A DNA stretch of 32,000 nt from an uncultured Erysipelotrichaceae bacterium (GCA_964401865.1 CAYNZZ010000001.1:1-32000); one strand, 5' to 3'. Shown: positions 18,346 to 26,052, counted from the stretch's first letter. Notes: generated by a model from the sequence alone, not told the origin. Program-made: numbers and translations.

Positions 18346-19273
18346 AATCTAATAATTTACCATATAGAGATTTCTTTCCATTAGTTTCTTTCAAAAGAAT
18401 TTGTTTACGATTTAATTTATGCAAACATGAATTAATTTTTTTTATATCACATACATCTACTTCCGAGGACGAAAGCCATTCTGATAATTTATGATAATCA
18501 ATATTGTTAATTTCTACTGCATCAATCATTTTTTTAATTTCTATGTCATCATTATATAGTATAGAAATAAACATATCTATTAAAAAATAATCTATCATTT
18601 CATTATGTTTTTCCCAATATTTTTCAAACAAATTCGATAAATAATACATAAGCTTGTTATTTTTATTTGACGCCATCGCAAAGCTAGTCCAACGACCTTG
18701 AACAATTGAATGATCTTCTTTTTTTTGTGGTCTTCTCATAGTCCAAAAATTATTCTTAAAAATAAAATCTAGTTCCCCACTCGCAAAAATTGTCGAATCA
18801 AGCCAACACCCGCCTGATTGATATAATAAATTAACTCTAATAATATCCGAAAAATGAATTTTTGATATAACTCCTTTTTTATATTTTTCCATAATGGATT
18901 GAGGAATCAAGCAATATCTCATCAAAGTATCGTCGTTTAAACAAATAAACTTAATGTCAGCAATGTTGTTAACTAATGAATTTTCACACATTTTAACTAA
19001 ATCTGGTTTATTTTTGGAATCCCAAAATGTGTAAATCGTCTTGTTAATCCCACAGTCACAACTCTTGTATTCTTTTTTCAATAGTTCGATATCCTTTTCA
19101 AATTCACTTTTTAAATAATTCATTTTAGTTTTATTGAGTTCTTCCTCTTTGCAACTTGTACATAATCCCAAACTCGCTCTTAAACCAATCGCAAAGTGAT
19201 TCATCGTCATTTTAAAGCCAAAATTATTAAGGTATTTTAATAAATATGCTATTTTTTTGTGCATCGTTTTCAA
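18335..19273 (-). CDS. Capsular polysaccharide synthesis protein family (Caps_synth, GT32-like putative glycosyltransferase).
   Basis: The 312-aa product has IYTFWDSKNKPDLVKMCENSL...ISKIHFSDIIRVNLLYQSGGCWLDSTIF. This matches the family pattern (W..W....P.iV..C..S......is.ah.SD.lR..LL...GG.W.D.T). Confidence 0.7.
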   Translation of the reverse strand: MKTMHKKIAYLLKYLNNFGFKMTMNHFAIGLRASLGLCTSCKEEELNKTKMNYLKSEFEKDIELLKKEYKSCDCGINKTIYTFWDSKNKPDLVKMCENSLVNNIADIKFICLNDDTLMRYCLIPQSIMEKYKKGVISKIHFSDIIRVNLLYQSGGCWLDSTIFASGELDFIFKNNFWTMRRPQKKEDHSIVQGRWTSFAMASNKNNKLMYYLSNLFEKYWEKHNEMIDYFLIDMFISILYNDDIEIKKMIDAVEINNIDYHKLSEWLSSSEVDVCDIKKINSCLHKLNRKQILLKETNGKKSLYGKLLDYEQ

Positions 19274-19301
19274 TTCCTTTGTTAAATATCAAAAATTTTT
19301 A

Positions 19302-20252
19302 TTAACCATTTCTTGTTAATTCTGTTTTTGTTATTTTCGAGTATAGTTTCCTTGCTACAATCAATATATTTTTAGGTGCTACTGAAATTAAAAATAAAAT
19401 AAAATAAGGAGATTTGTTATAAAGTTTTAAATATGGATAATATTCTTTTAATAATTTCGGACTAAAGAAATCTTGCGATCTCAAAGACATCAAGATTAAG
19501 TTCGACATACTTTTTTTTCGATTACTTATTATTTGCATTTTAATTTTATAATCATATGTCAACGGTAATCCCATCACCAAATTTGTCCATCCTTTAGCAT
19601 ATATTTCTAAAATTCTATCATTATACGAAATAACTCCTGGTCTTAAAATTCTTGCATAGTCAGGGCCATAAATGTATTGTACGGTTGAATCATGAACTCC
19701 AAAATATTCGAAAATTGCACCAGTTTGAGGAAATTCTCCTAAAGAGTACCTTTCGAATTGCAAATTTTTAACAACATCTCTTTTGTATAGCAATCCAGAC
19801 ATCCATGTCGATTCATCAATCAATTTTATTATTGTTTCATTTCTATCTCGATAGATTTTTTCTTCTATATGTTTATCTCTTCCAATTATCACAAAATCCG
19901 GAGATACTCTTTCTTTTTCGATTTTTTTTATAACCTTTTCGATTTTAACATCTATGGTGTCATCGTCCCCTAGCATCCACGCATAATCTTTTTCACACAT
20001 TTTAACACACTCGCCATTGTTGCCCTCGAAACCTAAATTTATCTTATTTTTTTTGATAGTTATACATTTTATTTCTTTTTTTAAATTCAAAAGTAAATTG
20101 TAGGTATCATCTTTAGAACAATCATCAGATATATAAAAATGGCAAATGCCTTCATCAAAAAGGTCTTTGTTATTTTGGTATATATGCATTATACTTTTTT
20201 TTGTTATTTCACCCCTTTGATAAGTTGGGATACATATTCCTATTGTTTTCAT
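19302..20252 (-). CDS. GT2-family glycosyltransferase.
   Basis: The 316-aa product has IGICIPTYQRGEIT, FYISDDCSKDDT and MLGDDD. The fold assignment is reasonable, but the specificity is unknown. Confidence 0.65.
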   Translation of the reverse strand: MKTIGICIPTYQRGEITKKSIMHIYQNNKDLFDEGICHFYISDDCSKDDTYNLLLNLKKEIKCITIKKNKINLGFEGNNGECVKMCEKDYAWMLGDDDTIDVKIEKVIKKIEKERVSPDFVIIGRDKHIEEKIYRDRNETIIKLIDESTWMSGLLYKRDVVKNLQFERYSLGEFPQTGAIFEYFGVHDSTVQYIYGPDYARILRPGVISYNDRILEIYAKGWTNLVMGLPLTYDYKIKMQIISNRKKSMSNLILMSLRSQDFFSPKLLKEYYPYLKLYNKSPYFILFLISVAPKNILIVARKLYSKITKTELTRNG

Positions 20253-20450
20253 AGTGTCCTGTTTTTAATTTTTATTTTTTAATAATTCCTTCCTTTTTTA
20301 TTAATAATTAAAAAATCGATTTTATTTTTTATAATTGTAGTAAATTTCTAATAAAATTCAATAAAAATTTTATATTTCTTTTTTTTGCAAAGAATCACTT
20401 TCGCTGCAATCTAACCATCTTTTTTAAGCTCGGTTTTACCAATCAATTCT

Positions 20451-21098
20451 TTATGTATTTAAAAAACCAACATAGTCAAATTGATCAATGTATCTAAGCA
20501 CTTTATTCCGTTTAAACGCCAGTACAATTCCCTGCTCTTTTTCATTTCCTTTAATGTATTTACTATTTTTTATATTATATTCTTTATTAGTTAATATTAC
20601 TTTTTTTTCATATCTTAGTTTTTCGAACTCTTTTAAATCATCGATATCCCATTCATCAGTAGTACATGTTAATAAAATGTATATTTTTTCTTTCTCGAGC
20701 CTGTCAATTCTTCTACACCAAGCAACATACGCTTCATCGAAAGTCTTATAATGTATAAATCTTATTTTTATTTTTCCTCCCCAAATTCCAATTGGATATT
20801 TTCCGCTTTCATCAATTTCGTTGCTCTTCTCTATATTATATTTATTTTCAACAAAAAAATAATCATAATTATTTAATGCGTATATTATATCTTTTATTAA
20901 TATTGACAAACCAACTGTAGGCGAATTATACCTCATCTTTAGACTTTTACATATTAATCCTCCGTTGCAATTGTTTGAAATAATACATCTATATTTAGGT
21001 TTTAGTCTTATTCTATTAATAAAATCAATCGTTTTATATAATACGCTTCCTACTAAAGCGGTTACTTTGGGCAACAAGTTGCATATTTTATCAATCAT
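20451..21098 (-). CDS. DUF1919-family protein (exopolysaccharide-locus protein of unknown function).
   Basis: The 215-aa product has CIISNNCNGGLICKSLKMRYNSPTVGL, YPIGIWGGKIKIRFIHYKTFDEAYVAWCRRIDRL. This matches the DUF1919 pattern (isnnCwGG..y......SPtvgl....yPvg......i.f.HY....eA..kW.rR..R). Confidence 0.7.
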   Translation of the reverse strand: MIDKICNLLPKVTALVGSVLYKTIDFINRIRLKPKYRCIISNNCNGGLICKSLKMRYNSPTVGLSILIKDIIYALNNYDYFFVENKYNIEKSNEIDESGKYPIGIWGGKIKIRFIHYKTFDEAYVAWCRRIDRLEKEKIYILLTCTTDEWDIDDLKEFEKLRYEKKVILTNKEYNIKNSKYIKGNEKEQGIVLAFKRNKVLRYIDQFDYVGFLNT

Positions 21099-22104
21099 TA
21101 TTATTCATCCTTTCATCTATTATTTTTTTTATGTATTTTGTAGAACATAGTTTTACAAAAAAATTATACTTTAAGCACCTTCTAAATATTGCTAATAAAA
21201 AGTTGTTCACAAAAAAATAATTTGATTTTTTCCATTCAACACCGGTATTGTTTAATATGTAAATTATTTTTTCCTTTCTGCTTATCAATTCATTTATTTT
21301 TTTATTTTCTAATATATCATAGATTAAATAATCAAACATTTTATTCACACATGTTTCATTTATGAAATATATGTAATCACTATTTGACATCCTTTCTTTA
21401 AAATAATCAATGTTGCTCTCTGTGACCAAGAATAAATCATCAATCATTTTTTGACTTTTTAAATTCATTATTGATTCTGGACGGTTTATCCTATAAAAAT
21501 AAAGTGGCACATCTAGATACGAGAATGTTTCGGCATGATAAAAAACCTTAAACGCAACTGCGTCATCTTCATGCAAAACCCCTTCAGGAAATAAAATGTT
21601 ATATTTTAGGTATATGTTTCTTTTACAAGCAAATGTCCATATTGACGAACAATTTAACCTTATTTTGTTTTTATCGAAATCACATGATTTTTTGAATGTT
21701 AAAATGTCTTTTTTTTCATCCAATTCATAGTAATTAAATAATATCAAATCATCATCAAACTTACTTATTTGTTCAATCATTTTTTCATCAACATAATCGT
21801 CAGAATCTACAAAAATTATATATTCTCCTTCAGCGTTTTTTATACCAATATTTCTAGCTGCAGAAACGCCTCTATTAGAAATACTTATTACTTTAATCGA
21901 ATCGTTATTTAAATAAGAATCACATATTTTTTTGCTATTATCACTTGAACCATCATCAATTAATAATAGTTCGTAGTTTTTGATAGTTTGTTTTAATATT
22001 GATTCGATACAAAAACCAACATATTTTTCTGTGTTATAGACAGGGACAACGAAACTATATCTAGGTTTTTGTTTTTTTTTCTTTTTTTCAGTTGCGCCAA
22101 TCAT
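21091..22104 (-). CDS. GT2-family glycosyltransferase.
   Basis: The 337-aa product has YSFVVPVYNTEKYVGFCIESILKQT, YELLLIDDGSSDNS, ARNIGIKNAEGEYIIFVDSDD. These are classic GT2 (Glycos_transf_2) blocks. An A9 tract lies in codons 8-11. Confidence 0.85.
   Translation of the reverse strand: MIGATEKKKKKQKPRYSFVVPVYNTEKYVGFCIESILKQTIKNYELLLIDDGSSDNSKKICDSYLNNDSIKVISISNRGVSAARNIGIKNAEGEYIIFVDSDDYVDEKMIEQISKFDDDLILFNYYELDEKKDILTFKKSCDFDKNKIRLNCSSIWTFACKRNIYLKYNILFPEGVLHEDDAVAFKVFYHAETFSYLDVPLYFYRINRPESIMNLKSQKMIDDLFLVTESNIDYFKERMSNSDYIYFINETCVNKMFDYLIYDILENKKINELISRKEKIIYILNNTGVEWKKSNYFFVNNFLLAIFRRCLKYNFFVKLCSTKYIKKIIDERMNNND
22072..22088 (-). repeat. A9 + A7 homopolymer pair (coding strand) at the 5' end of the GT2 gene.
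   Basis: The plus strand has T9 at 22072-22080, c at 22081 and T7 at 22082-22088. The coding strand reads GAA AAA AAG AAA AAA AAA CAA, encoding EKKKKKQ. Confidence 0.9.
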
Positions 22105-22118
22105 ACAATAACATCACC

Positions 22119-23258
22119 TTAAACTTTCTCATAATAAGTATCCGGCTTACTCTTATCAAATATTTCATTAGCCCACATAACGGTTATTAATTCTTCGGTG
22201 TCTGACAAATTAACAATGTTATGAGTATAACCCGGGAGCATATGAATAGCTTCTAATTTCTTATCATTCACTTCGAATTGTAATACTTCATCGCTATCTA
22301 TTTGTCGCATTTCAATCAAAGCTTTACCTTTAACTACAATAAAATATTCCCATTTAGTGTGATGCCAATGTTCTCCTTTAGTAATACCTGGTTTTGAAAT
22401 ATTAACCGATACTTGCCCGAACTCCTTTGATTTTAACAGTTCAGTAAAACTTCCTCTATCATCAATATTGCTATCTAACGGAATACTGATTTTATTTTTA
22501 GGTAAATAAGATAAATATGTTGAATACAGTTTTTTTGTGAATTCATTAGATAAATCAGGAATAAATAATCCATCAGCAAAACTATATAATGTATCTTTTA
22601 ATATTTTAAGTGAAACATCATATATCGGTAGGGCACTATAATAATCTTTTTCTTCATCAAAATATGCATTACCATCTATACAATTAATTATTTCACTTAC
22701 TACATCATCAATATATACAAATGGAATAACAGCGCTCTCATCATTTACTGTAATATCTAAATCATTAGCGATATTGTAGCACCATGTTGCAACAACACTA
22801 TTATAATTAGGTCTGCACCACTTGCCAAAAACATTGGCGAGGCGATAAATATATACCACATTTCCTTGTTTTTTAGAAAAATCTTTTATGTAGTCTTCGC
22901 CTTGTTTTTTAGATAACGCATAGTCATTATCTTTACCAACTTGAACACTAGATGTAACTAAAACAGGGCACTTATTATTATTTTCTTTTAAGTATTCACA
23001 TAAAAGTTCTATTGTTCCTTTATTGCCATCATAGAACTCTTTATTGTCTTTTGGACGATTAACTCCTGCTAAATGTACTACAAAATCACAATCTTTAGTA
23101 TATTTTCTTAAATCATCTAAATTATTATTTCTATCATATTCGTATATTTCAGAAACACAAATAGGGAAAGAATTGTCTTTCCCATTTTTAATATTTTTTA
23201 GAGTGTGGACTAGATTTTTTCCGATAAATCCATTTGAACCGGTAACCAATATTTTCAT
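22119..23258 (-). CDS. fnlB: UDP-2-acetamido-2,6-dideoxy-L-talose-forming reductase/epimerase (CapF/Cap5F/FnlB/WbjC type): SDR domain plus C-terminal cupin.
   Basis: The 379-aa product has an N-terminal SDR motif (MKILVTGSNGFIGKNL) and a C-terminal cupin-like block (GITKGEHWHHTKWEYFIVVKG). This two-domain layout is characteristic of CapF. The gene lies 2 nt downstream of capE. Confidence 0.85.
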   Translation of the reverse strand: MKILVTGSNGFIGKNLVHTLKNIKNGKDNSFPICVSEIYEYDRNNNLDDLRKYTKDCDFVVHLAGVNRPKDNKEFYDGNKGTIELLCEYLKENNNKCPVLVTSSVQVGKDNDYALSKKQGEDYIKDFSKKQGNVVYIYRLANVFGKWCRPNYNSVVATWCYNIANDLDITVNDESAVIPFVYIDDVVSEIINCIDGNAYFDEEKDYYSALPIYDVSLKILKDTLYSFADGLFIPDLSNEFTKKLYSTYLSYLPKNKISIPLDSNIDDRGSFTELLKSKEFGQVSVNISKPGITKGEHWHHTKWEYFIVVKGKALIEMRQIDSDEVLQFEVNDKKLEAIHMLPGYTHNIVNLSDTEELITVMWANEIFDKSKPDTYYEKV

Positions 23259-23260
23259 AA

Positions 23261-24295
23261 TTACTTAAATAAATCTAACTTCAACAGGAGTTTCTTCATT
23301 CCTTCTACATCTAATCTTTCAGTATTGTGTGAATTATATTCTTCCGCTCTTTCAAAAAGTGTAGTTCCTTTATTGATATATTTGTCATAGTTGAGATCTC
23401 TATTATCAGCCGGAATCCTAAAATAATTACCCATATCTATAGCCTTAACCATATCTTCCTTAGTGACTAATACTTCAAATAGCTTCTCGCCATGTCTTGT
23501 GCCAATATAAGAAATATTTGGTTTAACATTCTTTAATTCACATACCGCATGAGCCAATGTATCTATGGTTGCTGCCGGCGCTTTTTGAACAAATAAGTCT
23601 CCTTGCTCGCCATTATTAAATGCATATAAAACTAAATCAACCGCATCTTCAAGTGTCATCATGAATCTGGTCATGTCCGGATTAGTAATAGTAATAGGTT
23701 TGTTTTGTTCAATTTGTTCACAGAATAAAGGAATAACGCTTCCTCTTGATGCCATAACATTTCCATATCTAGTTAAACATAAGACAGTATCATTTTCACT
23801 CAACTGTCTAGATCTCGCTACCACATTTTTTTCCATTAATGCTTTTGTCATACCCATAGCATTGATAGGGTAGGCAGCTTTATCTGTAGATAAGAATATA
23901 GCTTTTTTAACCTTATTTTTTACACATGCGGTAATTACATTATCCGAGCCTAAAACATTAGTCTTAACTGCTTCAATAGGATAGAATTCGCAACTTGGAA
24001 CTTGTTTTAACGCAGCAGCATGGAATACATAATCAACACCTTTAAACGCGTATTCGATGGAATTATAATCTCTCACATCACCAATATAAAATTTTAATTT
24101 ATTCGCATATTCAGGATATAAAGCTTGATATTCGTGTCGCATATCATCTTGTTTCTTTTCATCTCTTGAAACAATTCTTATTTCTTTGATATCACTTAAC
24201 AAAAATCTTTTTGTAACCGCATTGCCAAATGAACCCGTACCGCCAGTTATTAGTAATACCTTATCTTTAAATATTGACATATCATCCTCCAACAT
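23261..24295 (-). CDS. fnlA: UDP-GlcNAc 4,6-dehydratase/5-epimerase (CapE/Cap5E/FnlA/WbjB type).
   Basis: The product has KVLLITGGTGSFGN, IRIVSRDEKKQ and the Met-for-Tyr catalytic variant AMGMTKALMEK typical of CapE-type enzymes. The likely true start is the ATG at 24280 (MSIFKDK...). That ATG is preceded by GGAGG at 24290-24286 with 5-nt spacing. The track start at 24295 would place the SD inside the ORF. Confidence 0.9.
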   Translation of the reverse strand: MLEDDMSIFKDKVLLITGGTGSFGNAVTKRFLLSDIKEIRIVSRDEKKQDDMRHEYQALYPEYANKLKFYIGDVRDYNSIEYAFKGVDYVFHAAALKQVPSCEFYPIEAVKTNVLGSDNVITACVKNKVKKAIFLSTDKAAYPINAMGMTKALMEKNVVARSRQLSENDTVLCLTRYGNVMASRGSVIPLFCEQIEQNKPITITNPDMTRFMMTLEDAVDLVLYAFNNGEQGDLFVQKAPAATIDTLAHAVCELKNVKPNISYIGTRHGEKLFEVLVTKEDMVKAIDMGNYFRIPADNRDLNYDKYINKGTTLFERAEEYNSHNTERLDVEGMKKLLLKLDLFK

Positions 24296-24304
24296 TCTCG
24301 CTTT

Positions 24305-24313
24305 ATTTTAACA
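24305..24313 (-). promoter_or_regulatory. Possible extended -10 promoter element (TGTTAAAAT) for the capE-led polysaccharide operon.
   Basis: The minus strand reads ...gaTGtTAAAATaaagcgagaatgttGGAGGatgatATG. A TGnTAnAAT-type element sits about 14 nt upstream of the capE SD, inside the 36-bp spacer after the TOPRIM-like gene. The -35 is weak. Such motifs occur by chance in AT-rich DNA. Confidence 0.3.
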
Positions 24314-24331
24314 TCATATTTACACATTTAA

Positions 24332-24853
24332 TTATACATGTTTATTCTTAATTACTTTAATACCTTGTTTTGTAGAAAATTCTTTAAAACATCCTTTGCC
24401 TTGCCTTGACCACAATTTATCATTATCAAAATTTAAGCTATCCAATTTGGTCTTTAATCCTTCGCTGTTTGCTTTGATAAACTTATTTTTAAAATCACTT
24501 TTAGTTTTTGTGTCAAAGAACTCATTAATGTTATTGATGCTTGTTGAATATATTATTTCATCTTCAAAATCTTTAACTGAATGAATGTGATAAATATTCT
24601 TGATTTTATGCTTTCTTAATTTAGCGATATTTTCATTTAATACATCTGTTTTTTCGACATCAGTATCATAAACCAAAATTATATTTACATTCGGCTTTAA
24701 GTTCATGATTTGCATATCAGAAATTCTTTTGTTGATAAAGTTACATACCGATATTTTACCTGCGACTATACAGTTATATTTAGGATTTTTCAAAATGTTT
24801 ATTAACTTTTCTTCACATTCTCCTTCGACAAAATATTGATATAATTTACTCAT
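24332..24853 (-). CDS. Small TOPRIM-like protein (OLD C-terminal / RloB / DUF4276-like). Predicted nuclease partner of the upstream ATPase.
   Basis: The 173-aa product has strand-1 YQYFVEGECEEKLINIL with conserved Glu (E10, nt 24826-24824). About 50 aa later comes NIILVYDTDVE, a DxD block (D63/D65, nt 24667-24659). E...DxD at this spacing is the TOPRIM signature. A GGAGAG SD lies 4 nt upstream of the ATG. The start overlaps the ATPase stop by 8 nt (ATGAGTAA). Confidence 0.6.
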   Translation of the reverse strand: MSKLYQYFVEGECEEKLINILKNPKYNCIVAGKISVCNFINKRISDMQIMNLKPNVNIILVYDTDVEKTDVLNENIAKLRKHKIKNIYHIHSVKDFEDEIIYSTSINNINEFFDTKTKSDFKNKFIKANSEGLKTKLDSLNFDNDKLWSRQGKGCFKEFSTKQGIKVIKNKHV

Positions 24854-25973
24854 TAATCTCTCCTAATTCAATTATTTTATCAATATTTGGAGATATTCCG
24901 AAAATATCATTATCGACTATTATCTTGGCACTTACATTATTACGATTTTCAACTTCTGCAGCATTGTTACATACAATATAAGTTTTGTGTTCATCTTTTT
25001 CTTTTTTCATAAAATTAAACGCATGAAAAGGCAATTTTAAATCGAGAACTTCATTGTTGTGAGTAGTAATAAAAACTTGTTCATCATTTCCAATTAACAA
25101 TGCAATTAAAGAAATATAAGCTTTTTCCAAGTCACTGTTAACATATGAAAATTGTTCATCAATAAGATATATACCATTTTTTTGTTTTTTAATACAATAA
25201 ATGATCTTTGCAATATTAAATGCGTATTTTGTTCCGCTAGATAATTTATTTAAATCGGTTAAATTCATACCATTTTGAACAATTATTTTACCTACTTCGC
25301 TATGGTCGATTACATATGCATCGTCTGTATCTTTACTTTTTGTCACTTGGACAATTGAAGGATCAAAGCTTTTTAGCACAATGTTTAAAATTTTTGAATA
25401 TAATATTTCCTCTTCTTGGTCTAATTTTAATATATCAACTTGGTCGAATACCTTTTCTGTGCCAGGCAATGTAACAAGCCATCCGGTACCTATTTCTAAT
25501 TTATTAAGGGCTTCTATATAATCCATAAAATGAAAATAATATTTATCAATTTTCTTTATTAAATAATTATATGAATAACTATATTTTAACTCAATGGAAT
25601 TATAGGCCACAGATATTTTTGAATCAGATTCAATAGGTTCAACCAGTATTTTGATTCGATAAAACATATTACCAAAAATAAAATCCAATTCAACATTTGA
25701 TTCAAAATTCTTATCACGAATTATTGAATCAATATAACTTCTTTCTTTTTTACATATAAAAATTAAAATGTTCCATACTGAACGAATGAGCGATGTTTTT
25801 CCACTTGCGTTTGCACCAATAAAAATATTCAACTTTTTATAGTTAATCTTTGGAAAATCAGAAACAAATTCATCTTTTATCAAACTATTCTTTGTTTTTT
25901 TAGGATGTGATAAATTTAATTCAAAATCATTAAAAGATAAAATGTTATCCATTTTAATGTTCAATATAGGCAT
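24846..25973 (-). CDS. ABC-type (AAA_21/AAA_15-like, OLD/SMC-clade) ATPase.
   Basis: The 375-aa product has Walker A GANASGKTS (aa 53-61, nt 25817-25791, checked by hand). It also has a signature-like LSSGTKY (aa 244-250), Walker B GIYLIDEQ (aa 267-274) and a His-switch region FITTHNN (aa 301-307). A long insertion lies between Walker A and the signature, as in OLD/AbiL/PARIS-type ATPases. An AAGGAG SD sits 8 nt upstream of the ATG. Confidence 0.75.
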   Translation of the reverse strand: MPILNIKMDNILSFNDFELNLSHPKKTKNSLIKDEFVSDFPKINYKKLNIFIGANASGKTSLIRSVWNILIFICKKERSYIDSIIRDKNFESNVELDFIFGNMFYRIKILVEPIESDSKISVAYNSIELKYSYSYNYLIKKIDKYYFHFMDYIEALNKLEIGTGWLVTLPGTEKVFDQVDILKLDQEEEILYSKILNIVLKSFDPSIVQVTKSKDTDDAYVIDHSEVGKIIVQNGMNLTDLNKLSSGTKYAFNIAKIIYCIKKQKNGIYLIDEQFSYVNSDLEKAYISLIALLIGNDEQVFITTHNNEVLDLKLPFHAFNFMKKEKDEHKTYIVCNNAAEVENRNNVSAKIIVDNDIFGISPNIDKIIELGEINE

Positions 25974-25988
25974 ATCTTTTTCTCCTTG

Positions 25989-26021
25989 TCATAAATATTC
26001 AAAAAAATTGAATATTTATGA
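25989..26021. promoter_or_regulatory. Perfect 14-bp inverted repeat (TCATAAATATTCAA-N5-TTGAATATTTATGA) in the leader of the ATPase gene. Candidate operator or RNA hairpin.
   Basis: The arms at 25989-26002 and 26008-26021 are exact reverse complements, separated by a 5-A spacer. The repeat lies directly between a TATAAT (26031-26026, minus strand) and the SD (25987-25982). No U-tract follows it on the transcribed strand, so it is not a classical terminator. Confidence 0.6.
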
Positions 26022-26025
26022 CATT

Positions 26026-26051
26026 ATTATACAACTAAATCATTTATACAA
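26026..26051 (-). promoter_or_regulatory. Putative promoter for the ATPase/TOPRIM pair.
   Basis: The minus strand reads cTTGTATaaatgatttagttgTATAATaatg. TATAAT is at 26031-26026 and a TTGTAT -35-like hexamer at 26051-26046. The spacing is only 14 nt, which is suboptimal. The element lies in the 79-bp gap between the ThyX-like stop and the ATPase start. Confidence 0.35.
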
Positions 26052-26052
26052 G

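Noticed and set aside
20253-20450. A 198-bp AT-rich gap inside the polysaccharide locus, between DUF1919 and the GT2 at 20252, considered as an internal promoter or module junction.
   Set aside because: I could not find a -35/-10 pair with acceptable spacing, a hairpin or a repeat. The sequence is almost pure A/T, so any motif match would be uninformative without transcript data.
24296-26052. Direct repeats or target-site duplications flanking the ATPase/TOPRIM pair, and any integrase, transposase or tRNA that would mark it as a mobile island.
   Set aside because: The two flanks share only loose A/T-rich similarity (TGTATAA-type strings that also resemble -10 boxes). I found no exact repeat of at least 10 bp and no mobility gene anywhere in the window. 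Mobility therefore cannot be supported from this sequence.
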